Assembly: GCF_001194135.2 (NCBI RefSeq)
Contig: NC_069003.1
Coordinates: 7,667,519 to 7,708,252, forward strand
Reading direction: 5' to 3'
Length of the DNA stretch: 40,734 nucleotides
DNA from: Octopus bimaculoides
Lineage: Eukaryota
Shown here: positions 11,705-24,194 of the stretch, in pieces
Position numbering within the stretch: the stretch's first letter is position 1
How the letters are laid out: each line of letters opens with the position of its first letter
Position numbers and translations under genes: made by a program
The notes under the pieces: model-generated
What the model was told of the DNA's origin: nothing
The model's input: only the letters and a program-made list of their open reading frames with translations
Databases searched by the model: none

Positions 11705-12402
11705 TAGAAAGGATTGAGGTAACTCCTCCTGAAGATATAGAGTCAAAATTAAAAGAAGAGTGCCATTTGTTATCTAGTGAACGATATTTCGACATCTCGT
11801 GTGTCTTCAACTGGTTCAAAAAATAAATTTGTCAATCTACTTCATTTTGGTTAATATAGAAAGGATTGAGGTAACTCCTCCTGTAGATATAGAGTCAAAA
11901 TTAAAAGAAGNNNNNNNNNNNNNNNNNNNNNNNNNNNNNNNNNNNNNNNNNNNNNNNNNNNNNNNNNNNNNNNNNNNNNNNNNNNNNNNNNNNNNNNNNN
12001 NNNNNNNNNNNNNNNNNNNNNNNNNNNNNNNNNNNNNNNNNNNNNNNNNNNNNNNNNNNNNNNNNNNNNNNNNNNNNNNNNNNNNNNNNNNNNNNNNNNN
12101 NNNNNNNNNNNNNNNNNNNNNNNNNNNNNNNNNNNNNNNNNNNNNNNNNNNNNNNNNNNNNNNNNNNNNNNNNNNNNNNNNNNNNNNNNNNNNNNNNNNN
12201 NNNNNNNNNNNNNNNNNNNNNNNNNNNNNNNNNNNNNNNNNNNNNNNNNNNNGATAACAAATGGCACTCTTCTTTTAATTTTGACTCTATATCTTCAGGA
12301 GGAGTTACCTCAATCCTTTCTATATTAACCAAAATGAAGTAGATTGACAAATTTATTTTTTGAACCAGTTGAAGACACACGAGATGTCGAAATATCGTTC
12401 AC

Positions 12403-12404
<2 letters not shown>
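11701..12404. repeat. 152-bp unit: about 1.4 tandem copies (11701-11910) and one exact inverted copy (12253-12404) across a gap
   Basis: AATATAGAAAGGATTGAGG at 11701 and 11853; 12253-12404 is the reverse complement of one unit. Confidence 0.9.
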
Positions 12405-12435
<31 letters not shown>

Positions 12436-12448
12436 TGATAATGATAAT

Positions 12449-12572
12449 CCATTCTACTGAAGGCACAAGACCTGAAATTTGTAGGGAGGGGACTAGTCGA
12501 TTACATTGACCCCAGTGTTTCACTGGTACTTAATTTATCGACCCCGAAAGGGTGAAAGGCAAAGTCGACCTC
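12449..12572 (-). mobile_element. SINE family A, 3' half
   Basis: Tail and body match; joined to a family C copy. Confidence 0.8.
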
Positions 12573-12574
12573 AA

Positions 12575-12856
12575 GGGAGGACTCTCCCGTTCAGCTTTTG
12601 CCAAATGACCTGCACAAATGATTTGTTTATGGTGATCAAATGTTCGTGTCACATATCAGGTCACTCTCTCCCCATTAAATCGAGGTTGCCTGAACAGGTG
12701 CACTGTGTACCTCACGTCAAGTGTCGATGTGATCGCAGAGTAACGTGAAATGAAGGGCTTTGCTCAAAAACACAACGCACTGCCCGGTCAAGAAATTGAA
12801 ATCACGATCGCTACATCGTGAGTACGACACCCTGACCACTAAGCCATCTGTCCTCA
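12575..12856 (-). mobile_element. SINE family C (tRNA head plus CORE-like domain), subfamily with a distinct 3' part
   Basis: Minus strand GGCTTAGTGGTCAGGGTG...GTGCGTTGTGTTTTTGAGCAAAGCCCTTCATTTCACG. Confidence 0.75.
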
Positions 12857-12963
12857 TTATAAATAGCACCATATGCGGATTGCCGTAGTAATAACAGGAA
12901 AATTTAGCTAGCCAAAATCTATTTCTACAGAGTGCTTCGTCTGGATATATATAATCTCTGTGT

Positions 12964-13011
12964 TCCTTCATGTGAGTGGATTTGGTTGGCGGAAACTGAA
13001 AGAAGCCCGTC

Positions 13012-13080
<69 letters not shown>

Positions 13081-13205
13081 TATAAAGTATGTGTGTGTGT
13101 GTGTGTGTGTGTCCCACCACCGCTTGCCAGCCGGTGTTGGTGTGTTTACGTCTCCGTAACCTAGCGGTTTGGCATAAGAGACCGACAGAATAAGTATCAG
13201 GCTCT
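12964..13205 (+). mobile_element. SINE family B, 5'-truncated, with expanded internal (TA)n(GT)n
   Basis: GAAACTGAAAGAAGCCCGTCG, then microsatellite, then the 3' module. Confidence 0.85.
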
Positions 13206-13232
13206 ACAATAATAATAATAATAATAATAATG

Positions 13233-13266
<34 letters not shown>

Positions 13267-13267
<1 letters not shown>

Positions 13268-13445
13268 CCTTTCTACTATAGGCACAAGGCTTGAAATTTG
13301 GGGACAGGTGACTAGTCGATTACATCGACTCCAGTACTCAACTGATACTTATTTTATCCAACCCGAAAGGATGAAAGGCAAAGTCGACCTCACCGGAATT
13401 CGAACTCAGAACGTAAAGACGGAGGAAATGCCGCAAAGCATTACT
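13267..13445 (-). mobile_element. SINE family A with long (AAT)n tail
   Basis: Family A body match. Confidence 0.85.
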
Positions 13446-13894
13446 AAGATTCAAATTAATTGGACCTGCTAAAAAAGTGGGTGGCTGGGAGATCCTCACA
13501 ATGTACTCAGTTAATAGCCGGATAATAATAATTGGCCAGACCGGTTGATCGTTAGCACTGACAAAACATCGTACAATAAAATAATGCTTTCAAAGCATTA
13601 TTTTACGTAAAATTCTTGCTAAAAGTAATCAAACCCAGCGTAATAATAAAAACAGACAAATAAGTACACAGCCTCCATCCTTTCATGCTGTTGGTATAAG
13701 CTTTATCTTTTCATTTTGTCTTACTTATTTTTATTTTATTTTACTTATTTATTCATTTGGTTGGTTCAAAACATCTGTTGATCATATCAACTAGATAAAA
13801 TAAGGACAGCAAAAAATAGGTTTATCACCCAACGGAGACTACTACTGTTACTACTACTACTACTACTACTGATGACGACGACTATGATGATGAT

Positions 13895-14135
13895 GACGGT
13901 TTCAAATTCTAACGCAAGGCCGGCAATTTTGCGGGGAAGGGTTAGGACGAAAGGCAAAATTGACCAAGGCGACATTTCAGCTCAGAACGGTAAAGATCTG
14001 GAAGAATTGCCTCTAAGCAATTTGTCCGACGCGCTAACGATTCTGCCAGATTACTGTCTTTTTTATGATTTCAAATTTTGACACAAGGCTTGCAATTTTG
14101 ATGGGAAGGAATGAGTCGATGATATCGATCCCTGT
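13895..14135 (-). mobile_element. SINE family A fragments (deleted copy 13895-14050 and a tail at 14075-14135)
   Basis: Diverged family A head and tail segments. Confidence 0.6.
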
Positions 14136-14236
14136 GCTTGGCCGGAGGTCAAACGATTCTGTCTGGGCGAATCTTATAAAAGTCATCGCTAACGTCATGG
14201 TTTTTGGTGTACTGATTGGCGGCAAATTAATTTGCT

Positions 14237-14612
14237 GGCTGTGTGTTAAGAAGCTTGCTTCCCAACCACATGGTTTTGGGTTCAGTCCTACTGCGTGGCA
14301 CTTCGGGCACGTGTCTTCTACGATAGCCTCGAGTCGACCAAAGCCTTGTGAATGGATTTGGTGGACAGAAACTGAAAGAAGCCCGCCGTGTATATGTATA
14401 TATATATATATATATACGCGCGTGTGTTCCACCTCCGCTTGAGAACCGGTGTTGGTGTGTTTACGTCCCCGTGACGTAGCGGTTCGGCAAAATGAACCGA
14501 TAGAATAAGTACTAAGCTTTAAAATGTCCTGTGGTCAAGTTGTTCGACTAAAACTCTGCAAGGCATTGCTCCAGCTTGGCCACAGTCAAGTGACTGAAAC
14601 AAGTAAGAAAAG
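14237..14612 (+). mobile_element. SINE family B, near full-length
   Basis: All three modules present. Confidence 0.85.
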
Positions 14613-15988
14613 AAGATATAAAAAATAGATAAGTGAATGAATGAATAAATAAATAAATAAAAAGGTGTGACTTAAGAGGAAGTATTTACTGAGGTGTGTT
14701 TCAAACTGCACCAGGGTGGTTTAGCGTTGGATCTCTTGAGAGCCAAGTGTAACGCGGTCATTGGGTTTAGAGGTAGAAAAGATCAGTGAAGTAATTACAT
14801 TGAAGCATGAAAATTAAAGATCGGAAGNNNNNNNNNNAATAGAATAGAATTGTCAGGGGTCTGCGATGTTTCTGTTGATCATCTTTGGTTTTCTTTACCT
14901 TTTTTTTTTCTGTTCACGTTAGCAGTTTTATGGATTTGCAATAGTATTAAATATCGCAAAAACTGGGTTAGTGTAATGCTCATTTTTAAAATATAATGTA
15001 CCCTGTTTGCTGACTTAAAAGATACTCGGGCGTATTAGACGCACCCCAATTACACTAGCGCGTGTTCTAGAAAAAAGATTGTAATGTCATGAAGCAGGGA
15101 CAAAGTTAGCTTATAGGGATAAGATGTGGTTGTATATTTCAATTATATGAATTGACTTTCCAAGAATAGTGTCTTCTTTTAGGTACGGGATTCAAGGGAT
15201 TTTCTTTCTGCTTTTTTTTTTTCCTTTTCCTTTTCTTTTGTTTCATTCTATGTTGGTTCCACCCTCCGCAAACGAGTTGAAAATAAGATGCAGCGGCACT
15301 GATCATATATGTTTATCTTGAATATCAGCATATGATTTTTTTGTCTTCTCACATGTACAACAGTTCCTCTGCTACAGATATTAGCGCTTGTCTCACGGGC
15401 GTATGGAAATGCCTACAACAGAATTAGAGCCACAAACCATAAACTGGATGCCCAATAGTTTACCTACTCCGTCATTTGTTTTATCACCCTTGTAAAAATA
15501 TAGAATGAAAAACAATGCAGCAAAAAACAAAAGACGATCCTTTTCGGATAAAAACCAACGTGGCAGCTAGGGATTGTAACAATTTGGGAGGTGCAGTGAA
15601 ACTATGTCAGTGACCAGGTTGCACTTGGTGCGACAAAAATCTTGACACCAAATAGGTGAAGTTAACAGTTTTTGTGTGCTTTTGAATGGTAAATGTGTGG
15701 TTTCCATGCTGTAATTACGAATCTGTATTGAGTTTTAGAGAAAGTGATCAAAAAATCAATAAGAGAATGCAAACAATGACCTAAGAAAACTGCACATTGG
15801 TTTTATTTAGAATATCACTGATTGTATTCTATGATGGAGATATAACTGATAATTGCTCTGCCTTCTGTTGGGTATTCAATCCCTTAATGGAGTCGTCGGG
15901 ACACTAACATAACATGGCATATCTTGGCCATCTTTTAAACTTCACGCAGCCTACTTCTGGGTCTGATCAAAACCGATTTCTTCTCGAT

Positions 15989-16248
15989 CAGTGATTCTCA
16001 ACCGGGCTCCATATGACCACTGGGGGTTCATATTAGATTTTGTTGCTTAAGTTTATGTGCAATAAATTGATTATATTTCTACAATACACAAATTATTTTC
16101 ATTTTTTTAAAAATACAGTTCCAAATAATGTTTAATTATAAAATATAATAGGATTTGTAAAACGTCGAATGGCTGTAGGGGTGCAGCCGAGTAAAATAGA
16201 ATTCAAAGGGGGTCCAGTGATTAAAAAAAAAATGGTTGAGAAGCTCTC
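15989..16248. mobile_element. hAT-type MITE (about 260 bp)
   Basis: TIR CAGTGATTCTCAACC...GGTTGAGAAGCTCTC; flanks TTCTCGAT/TTCTGGAG (6/8 TSD); homologous to 21383-21644 and 29523-29757. Confidence 0.8.
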
Positions 16249-16261
16249 TTCTGGAGAGCCA

Positions 16262-16425
16262 GTCAGAAAGAAAGAGTGAGGGATAGAGAAGAATCGATCC
16301 TAGTACAAGACTGCTATTTTGTTTATCGACTGAAAGGAGGGAAAAGAAAAATTGACGTTGACAAGATTTGAACCTAGAACGCAAAGCAGTACATTTGACG
16401 CTCTAACGAGTCTGCCAATCCACCG
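16262..16425 (-). mobile_element. SINE family A, old diverged copy
   Basis: Residual body and head match. Confidence 0.55.
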
Positions 16426-17354
16426 TCTTTGTATTATAATTATCAGCTTATATTCTTTGACCCCTGATAAATAAAAAAACAATTCAAAAGAAGACCTAAT
16501 CTAGTCAGTTTACTTACCAAATAATACGGCTGAGATGGACCAGAAAAAGAACTTAGTATAAAGTACAACACAAATCTAATTTAATTAAATCTAAATAGCA
16601 GCATCTCTTTAAGGAAGTTATGGGTACAGGTTTGGAACCGAATAGCGTAGAAGCAAACAAACAAACCACAAAGCAAAATTTACTGTTGCTAACCATATTT
16701 ACGACAAATGAACAATTATTTAAAACGATTAAATATCGCAAACATGCGCTGTAAATGTTGTGGAATGTGAATATAAGTCTACCGTTGCTGATTAATGAAG
16801 CAGAGTCGCGTATTGAGATGAAAGACGTTCAGAAGAGCCATTATACACCGTCTTAAGAAAATATTTACACTCTTGGAGAAACCAAAACACAAGTTCTTCC
16901 AGAAGATATAGCAATAATTTGATCAAGCTATCCTGCTGCCTGCTTGTCTGCTTGTCTGATAGCTTAGTCTGTCTGCCCAAAGTAAATGGAGTTTGTATAG
17001 TTTTTAGATCATTAATTCAATACCTCCGTTATTCACTGAGCTGCGTTACAGAACACACACATATTCTTTAGTTTCAAACTTCGAGACAAATTACTATCAA
17101 ATTAGTTAAAGGTACAGTTGATAATATATAATATAATATATAATACAGTGCGGTCTCTATATGCGAATATAATTCATTCCGGAGCCCCGTTCGTTAATCA
17201 AAATTGTTCGTTACATGAGTAATTGAAATAAAGGTAATACGTTTCTAACCACACCCAAACTCCACATAAAGGCATGAAATGATATTTCATTCGTTCGTCT
17301 ATGAATAGCAAACGCATAGACATACATGCGTGTGCGTGTATGTCTGAGTCTGTG

Positions 17355-17635
17355 TACCCTGCCACCGCTTGGCAACCGGTGTTGGTGTGTTTACGTCTCC
17401 GTAAATTAGTGGTTCGGTAAAAGGGTCCGATAGAACAAGTACCAGGCTTGAAATACTTGGTGTCATTTCTTCCGGATTTACGTTCTGATTTCGAATTCCA
17501 CCGAGGTAGACTTCGCCTTTCATCCTTTCGGAATCGATAAAATAAGTACCAATTGAGCACTGGGATCGATATAATCGACTACCCTCCCCCCTCCGAATTT
17601 TAGGTCTGTGCCTATAGTAGAGAGGATTATTTTCT
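17355..17635 (+). mobile_element. SINE family B 3' module (17355-17460) followed by a family A body and tail (17470-17635)
   Basis: Direct similarity to other copies in the window. Confidence 0.8.
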
Positions 17636-17658
17636 ATATAAAATATAGACATTAATAT

Positions 17659-17873
17659 TCTTTTCTACTCTAGGCACGAGGCCCGAAATTTTGGGGGAGG
17701 GGGCCGGTCGATTAGATCGATCCCAGCACGCAACTGGTACTTAATTTATCGGCCCTGAAAGGATGAAAGGCAAAGTCGACCTCGGCGGAATTTGAACTCA
17801 GAACGTAACGACAGACGAAATACCGCTAAGCATTTCGCCCAGCGTGCTAACGTTTCTGCCAGCTCGCCGCCCT
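17659..17873 (-). mobile_element. SINE family A, young full-length copy with a 19-bp TSD
   Basis: AAAATATAGACATTAATAT (17640-17658) and AAAATATAGAAATTAATAT (17874-17892) flank the element. Confidence 0.92.
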
Positions 17874-17904
17874 AAAATATAGAAATTAATATGGACGTTA
17901 GCGA

Positions 17905-18455
17905 ATCGTTTGCTTACTAGGGTCGATCTAATCGACTGTCCCCGTCCCCCAAAATTTCGAGCCTTGTACCTAGAGTAGAAAAGATTATGTATTGTTGGTA
18001 AGGCGGCGAGCTGGCGGAAACGTTAGCACGTCGAGCGAAATGCTTAGCAGTATTTCGTCTGGCTTTACGCTCTGAGTTCAAATTCCGCCGAGGTCGATTT
18101 TGCCTTTCATCCTTTTGGAGTGGATAAATTAAGCACCAGTTGCGTAGTGGGGTAGATCTAAGCGACTGGTTCCCCCACCCAAATTTCGGGCCTTGTGCCT
18201 AGAGTAGAAAAGATTATGTATTGTTAGTACGGCGGCGAGCTGGCAGAAATGTTAAAACGCCGCGCGAAATGCTTAGCGGTATTCCGCCTGTCTTCATGTT
18301 CTGAGTTCAAATTCCGCCGAGGTCGATTTTGCCTTTCATCCTTTCGGAGTCGATAAATTAAGTACCAGTTGCGTACTGGTGTCAATCTAATCGACTGGCC
18401 CCCTCCCCCAAAATTGCGGGCCTTGTGTCTAGAGTAGAAAAGATTATGTATTGTT
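17905..18455 (+). mobile_element. Tandem SINE family A array: a tail plus two full-length copies, period about 230 bp
   Basis: The junction AGAGTAGAAAAGATTATGTATTGTT starts at 17972, 18201 and 18431. Confidence 0.9.
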
Positions 18456-18861
18456 GGTTTGTGGTTAAGGGGGCGTTGTTATTACATTCATTCTTTCCAA
18501 TAATTGTAGTGGTGGAGGAGGTCAGTGTTTGCTTCCTCTATTTGTACAACCTCTAAAAGTTCTGTATGTTAAAATGTTGTTTTTCATACATATGTCGCTA
18601 AACACGTGCCTAATTGCCTTTGCGGTTTTCTGAAGGCATTTTTCAGGCTGACTATATATAATCTAAAATTGTTTCGCTGACGTACTTATGTGATGTATTG
18701 CGTTCTGGTCAGTGTTAGGTATCAAAGAGACTGATGAGATAACTGTTATTTACTGGGCTTACAGCTTCTGCGTTGTGTTTGTATTTTGAGGTGCTAAATT
18801 TTTTTTTTGGGGGGGGGGGGCAATTAAAATTATTTTAAAAAAGATAATGAAGAACAACAGT

Positions 18862-19003
18862 TTCGATCTACCAAATTCACTCTCAAAGCTTTGGTCGACC
18901 CGAGGGTATAGTAGAAGACACTTGCCCAGGACGTCAAGCAATAGGACTGAACTCGGAACCATGTGGTTGGGAAGTAAGCTTCTTACTACACAACCACGCC
19001 TGC
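18862..19003 (-). mobile_element. SINE family B, 5' module
   Basis: Matches 4990-5125. Confidence 0.85.
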
Positions 19004-19404
19004 ACTAAAATATGTCGTCAATATTATCGCCCAAAATACTGGAAGTCGGACAGCTATCCAGTGTATGGTGGCTGTCCTATGTTTGAAATCATCAAAACAA
19101 TACAAGAATATTGCTTGGGGGTACAAATAGTTGGGTAAAGGAGAAAGAGAGAGAGAGAAGGCAAGAGAGAGGGCGGAAAGAGCGGGAAGGAGAGGCCTAG
19201 TACTGAATGGAGGTAGGAACAGCTGACAGGATGTGTTTCCAACCGAGGTTCTGTGTAACTGTGTTTATTTAGTATTTTCAGCTCCACCTGTCCGTTTCGT
19301 GGTTGGTCATATTTTCGCAATCATAAGGGTAAAAAAAAAGTAGAGGAACCGAGAGACCGGTGGAAAGGGAGTAAAAAGAAGCGAATTGTAACTACCATCC
19401 AACC

Positions 19405-19455
19405 ATCAATATATGTACACACTAACATATGAACACACACACACACATATATATG

Positions 19456-19487
<32 letters not shown>

Positions 19488-19813
19488 TACATATGTGCGT
19501 GTGTCTGTGTGTGCGCATGTATGTATGCATATACGTGTATATGTATGTATGCATACATATATACTTATGCACGTATGCGTGTGCGTATGTTTGTACATGT
19601 GTGTGTAACTGCATGTATACACACACACACACACACACAGATATATATATATATATATATATATATANNNNNNNNNNAGATACATATACACAAAAATAGA
19701 TAGATGCTTAGATCCATACCCTTACAAATACATACATACATATATACCCATGCATATATATATTCAGGGATACTCGTACATACGCACACATACACAGCAC
19801 ACACGTACACGCG

Positions 19814-19850
<37 letters not shown>
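19405..19850. repeat. Compound (AT)n/(AC)n/(GTAT)n microsatellite field; similar fields at 20300-20870, 23400-24190, 24550-25700, 26180-26373, 30590-30825, 36240-36440, 37225-37610
   Basis: Read directly; source of the many YI/VC-rich ORFs. Confidence 0.95.
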
Positions 19851-20319
19851 CGGTAAACACAAAACATAGAGAGCAGCGATAAACAGACCAACGCTTCCTT
19901 TAACAAACCCAGAAATATGAAAGTGCTCGGGTTCAGCGCATGTGTTTGATGTTCTGAAACCAGACCCACTGTGTGGTTCAAGAGGAAATGTTAAAAGGCC
20001 TTCCTTTTTTTGTTGTTGTTGTTGTTGTTGTTTGTCTTTTACTGTTTTGTTACAAATAGCTTATTGAATATTTTATGTTGAGGGTTATTGAGTGCGTTGG
20101 CGGTGTTGATTTCAAATATTATCGTTTCGACAGATATTCGCAGAATCATTTTTCTTTTTTTTTTTTCGGCTTCCAAGTTTCCTTCCTTCTTCCTTGTTTT
20201 GTCAGAGCATGTAGGCAGGCACACGCACCACACCTTTAATAACATACACATATCTTGTATGTTTTAAATGTGTAGACATGAGAGAAATTGGATAAAATAT
20301 ATACAAATCTGTATAAATT

Positions 20320-20352
<33 letters not shown>

Positions 20353-21044
20353 TAAAAGAGATTTCCATAACTTTAAGTATATATGTACATGTATATGCAT
20401 GCATATATGCATGCATGCATGTATGTATGTATTTATGTATTATGAATATATGTATGTATATATGTATTTATGTATGTATGTGTATATACATGTTTATATA
20501 TATATATATGCATATATATATATATATAAGCTTACGTATGTGTGTATGTACATGTACATGTATGAATGTATATATGCATGTACATATATATGTGTGCATA
20601 TACATCATACATATATAGTTATGCATACTTATACACACACACACGCACACATAAATGTCTGTATATGTGTGTGTGAGTGTGTGTGTGTGTATACACACAT
20701 ATATACGTAGCAATGCATTAAAGGATTTAGGAATTTCCATCCAGTTCTTGTTCTTACTATATACGTATATATGTATGTATAAATACACACGTACTTGCGT
20801 GTATGCATGCATGTTCATATGTATGTATGTTCATATGTATGTATGTTCATATGTATGTATGTATGTGTATAAACACGTTTTGATGCGGCGGTTTTGATAT
20901 TTCTGTAAATATAAGAATGAGTGATTAAATACAAAGTTATGTTTGTTTTCATTCTCTTGTGGGGATTGGTACACATTTTTGGTGTATGGGTCTACCATGA
21001 ATCCAGGTTAGTATCCGGGTAGATGTTATTTGAAATTTGTGAAC

Positions 21045-21155
21045 TGTACCCAATGGGACTTCGTCCAATAAGGAGCGCCTCCATTCGCCATTTTACACAG
21101 TCCTCACGTGACACGAAGCCACTGATTTCTTCGTCGCTTTGTAACCAATGAGGAT
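21045..21155. promoter_or_regulatory. Candidate promoter-like cluster: three CCAAT boxes and one CACGTG E-box
   Basis: CCAAT at 21050, 21065 and 21145 (AACCAATGAG), CACGTGAC at 21105, in a CpG-enriched patch. Confidence 0.3.
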
Positions 21156-21382
21156 CTCCGAACACACTCGGAATAACATCCATACGGATACAGGCGGCAA
21201 AAAGAGAAAATTGCTAGCGATTCATTGATAGGGGTTTCGAAAATTAGTATTCCTGTTGTTTATTCAATTTATCGAATCATCATGAGTGGTTGCGTATTCC
21301 AAGGACACCTGTACTCATGTGGTAATCTTCTTGCCGAATCAGTATGACACAGTGTATAACAAGACTGGGATTTGAAGTAAAG

Positions 21383-21644
21383 CAGTGGTTCTTAATCGGG
21401 CTCCGTATGACACTTGAGGGTACATATAACCATTGGGGATCCATATAAAGTTTTGCTCTCAAAATCTATCTCCAATAAATTGGTCATATTTCTACAATAC
21501 ACAAAATATTTTAACAATTTTTTCTCATAATTCCTAATAATATTTAATAAAATTGTAAATAGGATTTTTCAAACATCAAATGGTCTACTTAAGAAAAATA
21601 GGAATCAAAGGTGTCCATAGGTAAAAAATGGTTGAGAACCTCTG
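21383..21644. mobile_element. hAT-type MITE, same family as 15989-16248
   Basis: TIR CAGTGGTTCTTAATC...GGTTGAGAACCTCTG; flanks AAGTAAAG/AAGTACAA (6/8). Confidence 0.8.
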
Positions 21645-21789
21645 AAGTACAATACAATCGGATGGGTTTTTCAATTTCACTGACAAAAATATTTCATGAC
21701 AGGCTTCGACAATTTTCTCATCTGAACATTTAGAGAGATTTGAAATCTGAAATCATTCATGCAAACTGTCGAAATACACATTTAATCTT

Positions 21790-22300
21790 TTACATGTTTC
21801 AATCATTGAAATTCGACCATACTGGGGCATCGACTTGAAGGTGTTTTGTCGAGCAAATTGACCTCAGTATTTAATATTTTAAAAGTCTGGTAACTTATTC
21901 TATCAGTTCGTTTTTTTCCCGTCTCGCTAATTTACGGGAACGTAAACAAACCAGCATCGGTTGTCAAATGTCGGTGGGAAGGAGAAACAAACACAAAAAC
22001 AAAGATACGCGCGCACACAAAGGGTTTTTAAACTCAATATTTACAAGCTGTTGTTTATAGCTATATCTGCTTCGAGATTCATCGTCCTTAAAAGAATTTT
22101 ATCTATTTATCTATCGATCGATCTATCTGCCTATCTATCTATACGACGGGCTGCTTCACATTTTGTGTCTACCAAATCCACTCACAAGGACTTTATCGAC
22201 CCGAGGCTTGTAGTAGAAAACATTTCCCAAGTGCCGCTGTCTGAAACTGAACCCGAAACCGCGTGGTTGCAAAGTGAGCTTCTTAAACACATAGCCATGT
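21790..22300 (-). mobile_element. SINE family B, old full-length copy
   Basis: 3' module at 21790-21980, (TCTA)n inside, 5' module at 22142-22300. Confidence 0.75.
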
Positions 22301-23651
22301 CTATCTTAACGCTTACTGAGCTCCCATATTTATTAGGTTGTTAGCTGTATCTATCTTACTGTTCGTATTTATAGCTTTTTAAGATTATTGGAGAGGAGGG
22401 AGAGAGAGAGAGAGAGGGAGGTTGACCTTGTAGATTAACATTTTTATATAAAATGAATAAATCAGTTTTATTATTATTATTTATTTTTTATGCATGAAAA
22501 CCAAATGAATCAGGCGAATAGAATCAGTTATGCAAAACAGCCGACTTTATTAATGTAATAAATATGTGATGGCCAACTTTATTTGAGTTTTTAAAATCTG
22601 GTTTAAATCTTGATACGTTTTTAAATACTTTCTTTACAACGTTCCTTTATATTGCCATTTATTCTACATCTCTACATCTCAACATCTCTGCAAAGAACAT
22701 TCATTATTATATGATGATATTATTTCTGGAGAATGAATATTTATGTAAAGTACGTGAAATAAAATATACGATACTATTTTAATTTATATCTATTTTTATA
22801 ATTTTTTTTTTTGTATTTGAACGCTGTAAAATGTTTCATTGATTGATTGATTGATTTTATTTCATTCCGCGGCATGTTTAATTTCTATCCATTTTTAATT
22901 TTCCGCCATACTTAATTTGACCACCATATATTATTTTTTCCTCCTTTTTCCGCCATAGTTAAATTTACCGTTAGCGCCCGAATCAGTAAAGGTACATTTT
23001 ACAACTAGGTTATTTATCTCTGATGTAGTTTTAATAGAATATCGGGATGTATATTTTTAAATTTAAATTAAAAACAAAACAACAATAATAATAATAATGA
23101 TAAATAAAATCGTTAATATAACACTTGCATCATTTCTATCTGACATGACAAACGCAAAAAGGATATAAAAAAAGAGAAGATAACTATTTCTGCATGAGCG
23201 CAGAGGCAAAAGAAATTGCCATCTTGGAACTATTAAAACGAAACGTTCGGGGGAAAAATCGATATTATTTTTACATCAAAAGAAATCCAAATATAAAAAC
23301 TAAAATGGGAGAGAAACAAAATTGAGTATTTTATACATTTATTATGTAGCCACCATTAAACATCCTCTCCTTGTCTCTGTGTCTCTTTCTCTCTGTATGC
23401 GGTGTGTATATGTGTGTGGTGTATATATATATATTTATATATATGTGTGTGCGTGTGTATTTATGTATGTATGTATTTATGAATGTGTGTTTAATATGTA
23501 GCTGCCATTAAACCTTCTCTCCTTGTCTCTGTGTCTATTTCTCTTTGTATATATTGCGTATGTGTGTGCTGTATATATATGTCTGTATGTATGTTTATTA
23601 TATAGCCTCCATTACACCCTCTCTTCCTATCTCTGTCCTCCCTGTATCTAT

Positions 23652-23702
<51 letters not shown>

Positions 23703-23943
23703 GTTTGTATGTTGTTTGTATCTGGAAATGGAGAAAATTTACTCAATATAGAGTTTATGTGTATATTTTAGAACTTTGTGGAATGGTAACTGTTTCACAG
23801 TTCGTTCCGATTGCCCGTCCGCATGCATACATACATACATAATACATATGCACGTACGTACGTACATACGTACACACATACATAAATACATACATCATGC
23901 ATGCGTACATATATAAATATTATATTATGTTGCATATTACGTG

Positions 23944-24042
<99 letters not shown>

Positions 24043-24140
24043 ATACACATATATATGTGTGTGTGTGTGCGTGTATATATATATAATATATCAGATACAT
24101 ATTTCATTTGTGTATATCAAAATGAGACATGAGAAACAGT

Positions 24141-24194
<54 letters not shown>

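Noticed and set aside
12362-12404. TTGAAGA-CACACGAGATGTC-GAAA in the 152-bp unit, hammerhead-like
   Set aside because: C3 is T, the first stem II pair is mismatched, and no stem I can be formed.
17144-17230. TACAGTGCGGTCTC...ATTCATTCCGGAGCCCCGTTCG, resembling a Tigger/pogo terminus; similar hint at 15025-15050
   Set aside because: No matching opposite TIR was found.
17972-18455. Regularly spaced direct repeats, superficially CRISPR-like
   Set aside because: The spacers are SINE copies of about 205 bp in a eukaryotic context, with no cas genes.
18730-18760. CTGATGAGATAACTGTTAT
   Set aside because: There is no GAAA after the stem.
19935-19975. Minus-strand WVWFQNIKHMR*, similar to homeodomain WFQN
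   Set aside because: It lacks the following RR/K residues, stops immediately, and has no helix 1-2 sequence upstream.
20992-21183. ORF containing GFVSRE, faintly SH2-like
   Set aside because: No FLLR/FLVR motif or splice support; the similarity is too short.
23765-23795. Possible 14-nt microexon (ttttag AACTTTGTGGAATG gtaact); similar candidate at 19281-19327
   Set aside because: Splice dinucleotides arise often by chance in AT-rich DNA, and there is no recognisable peptide or partner exon.
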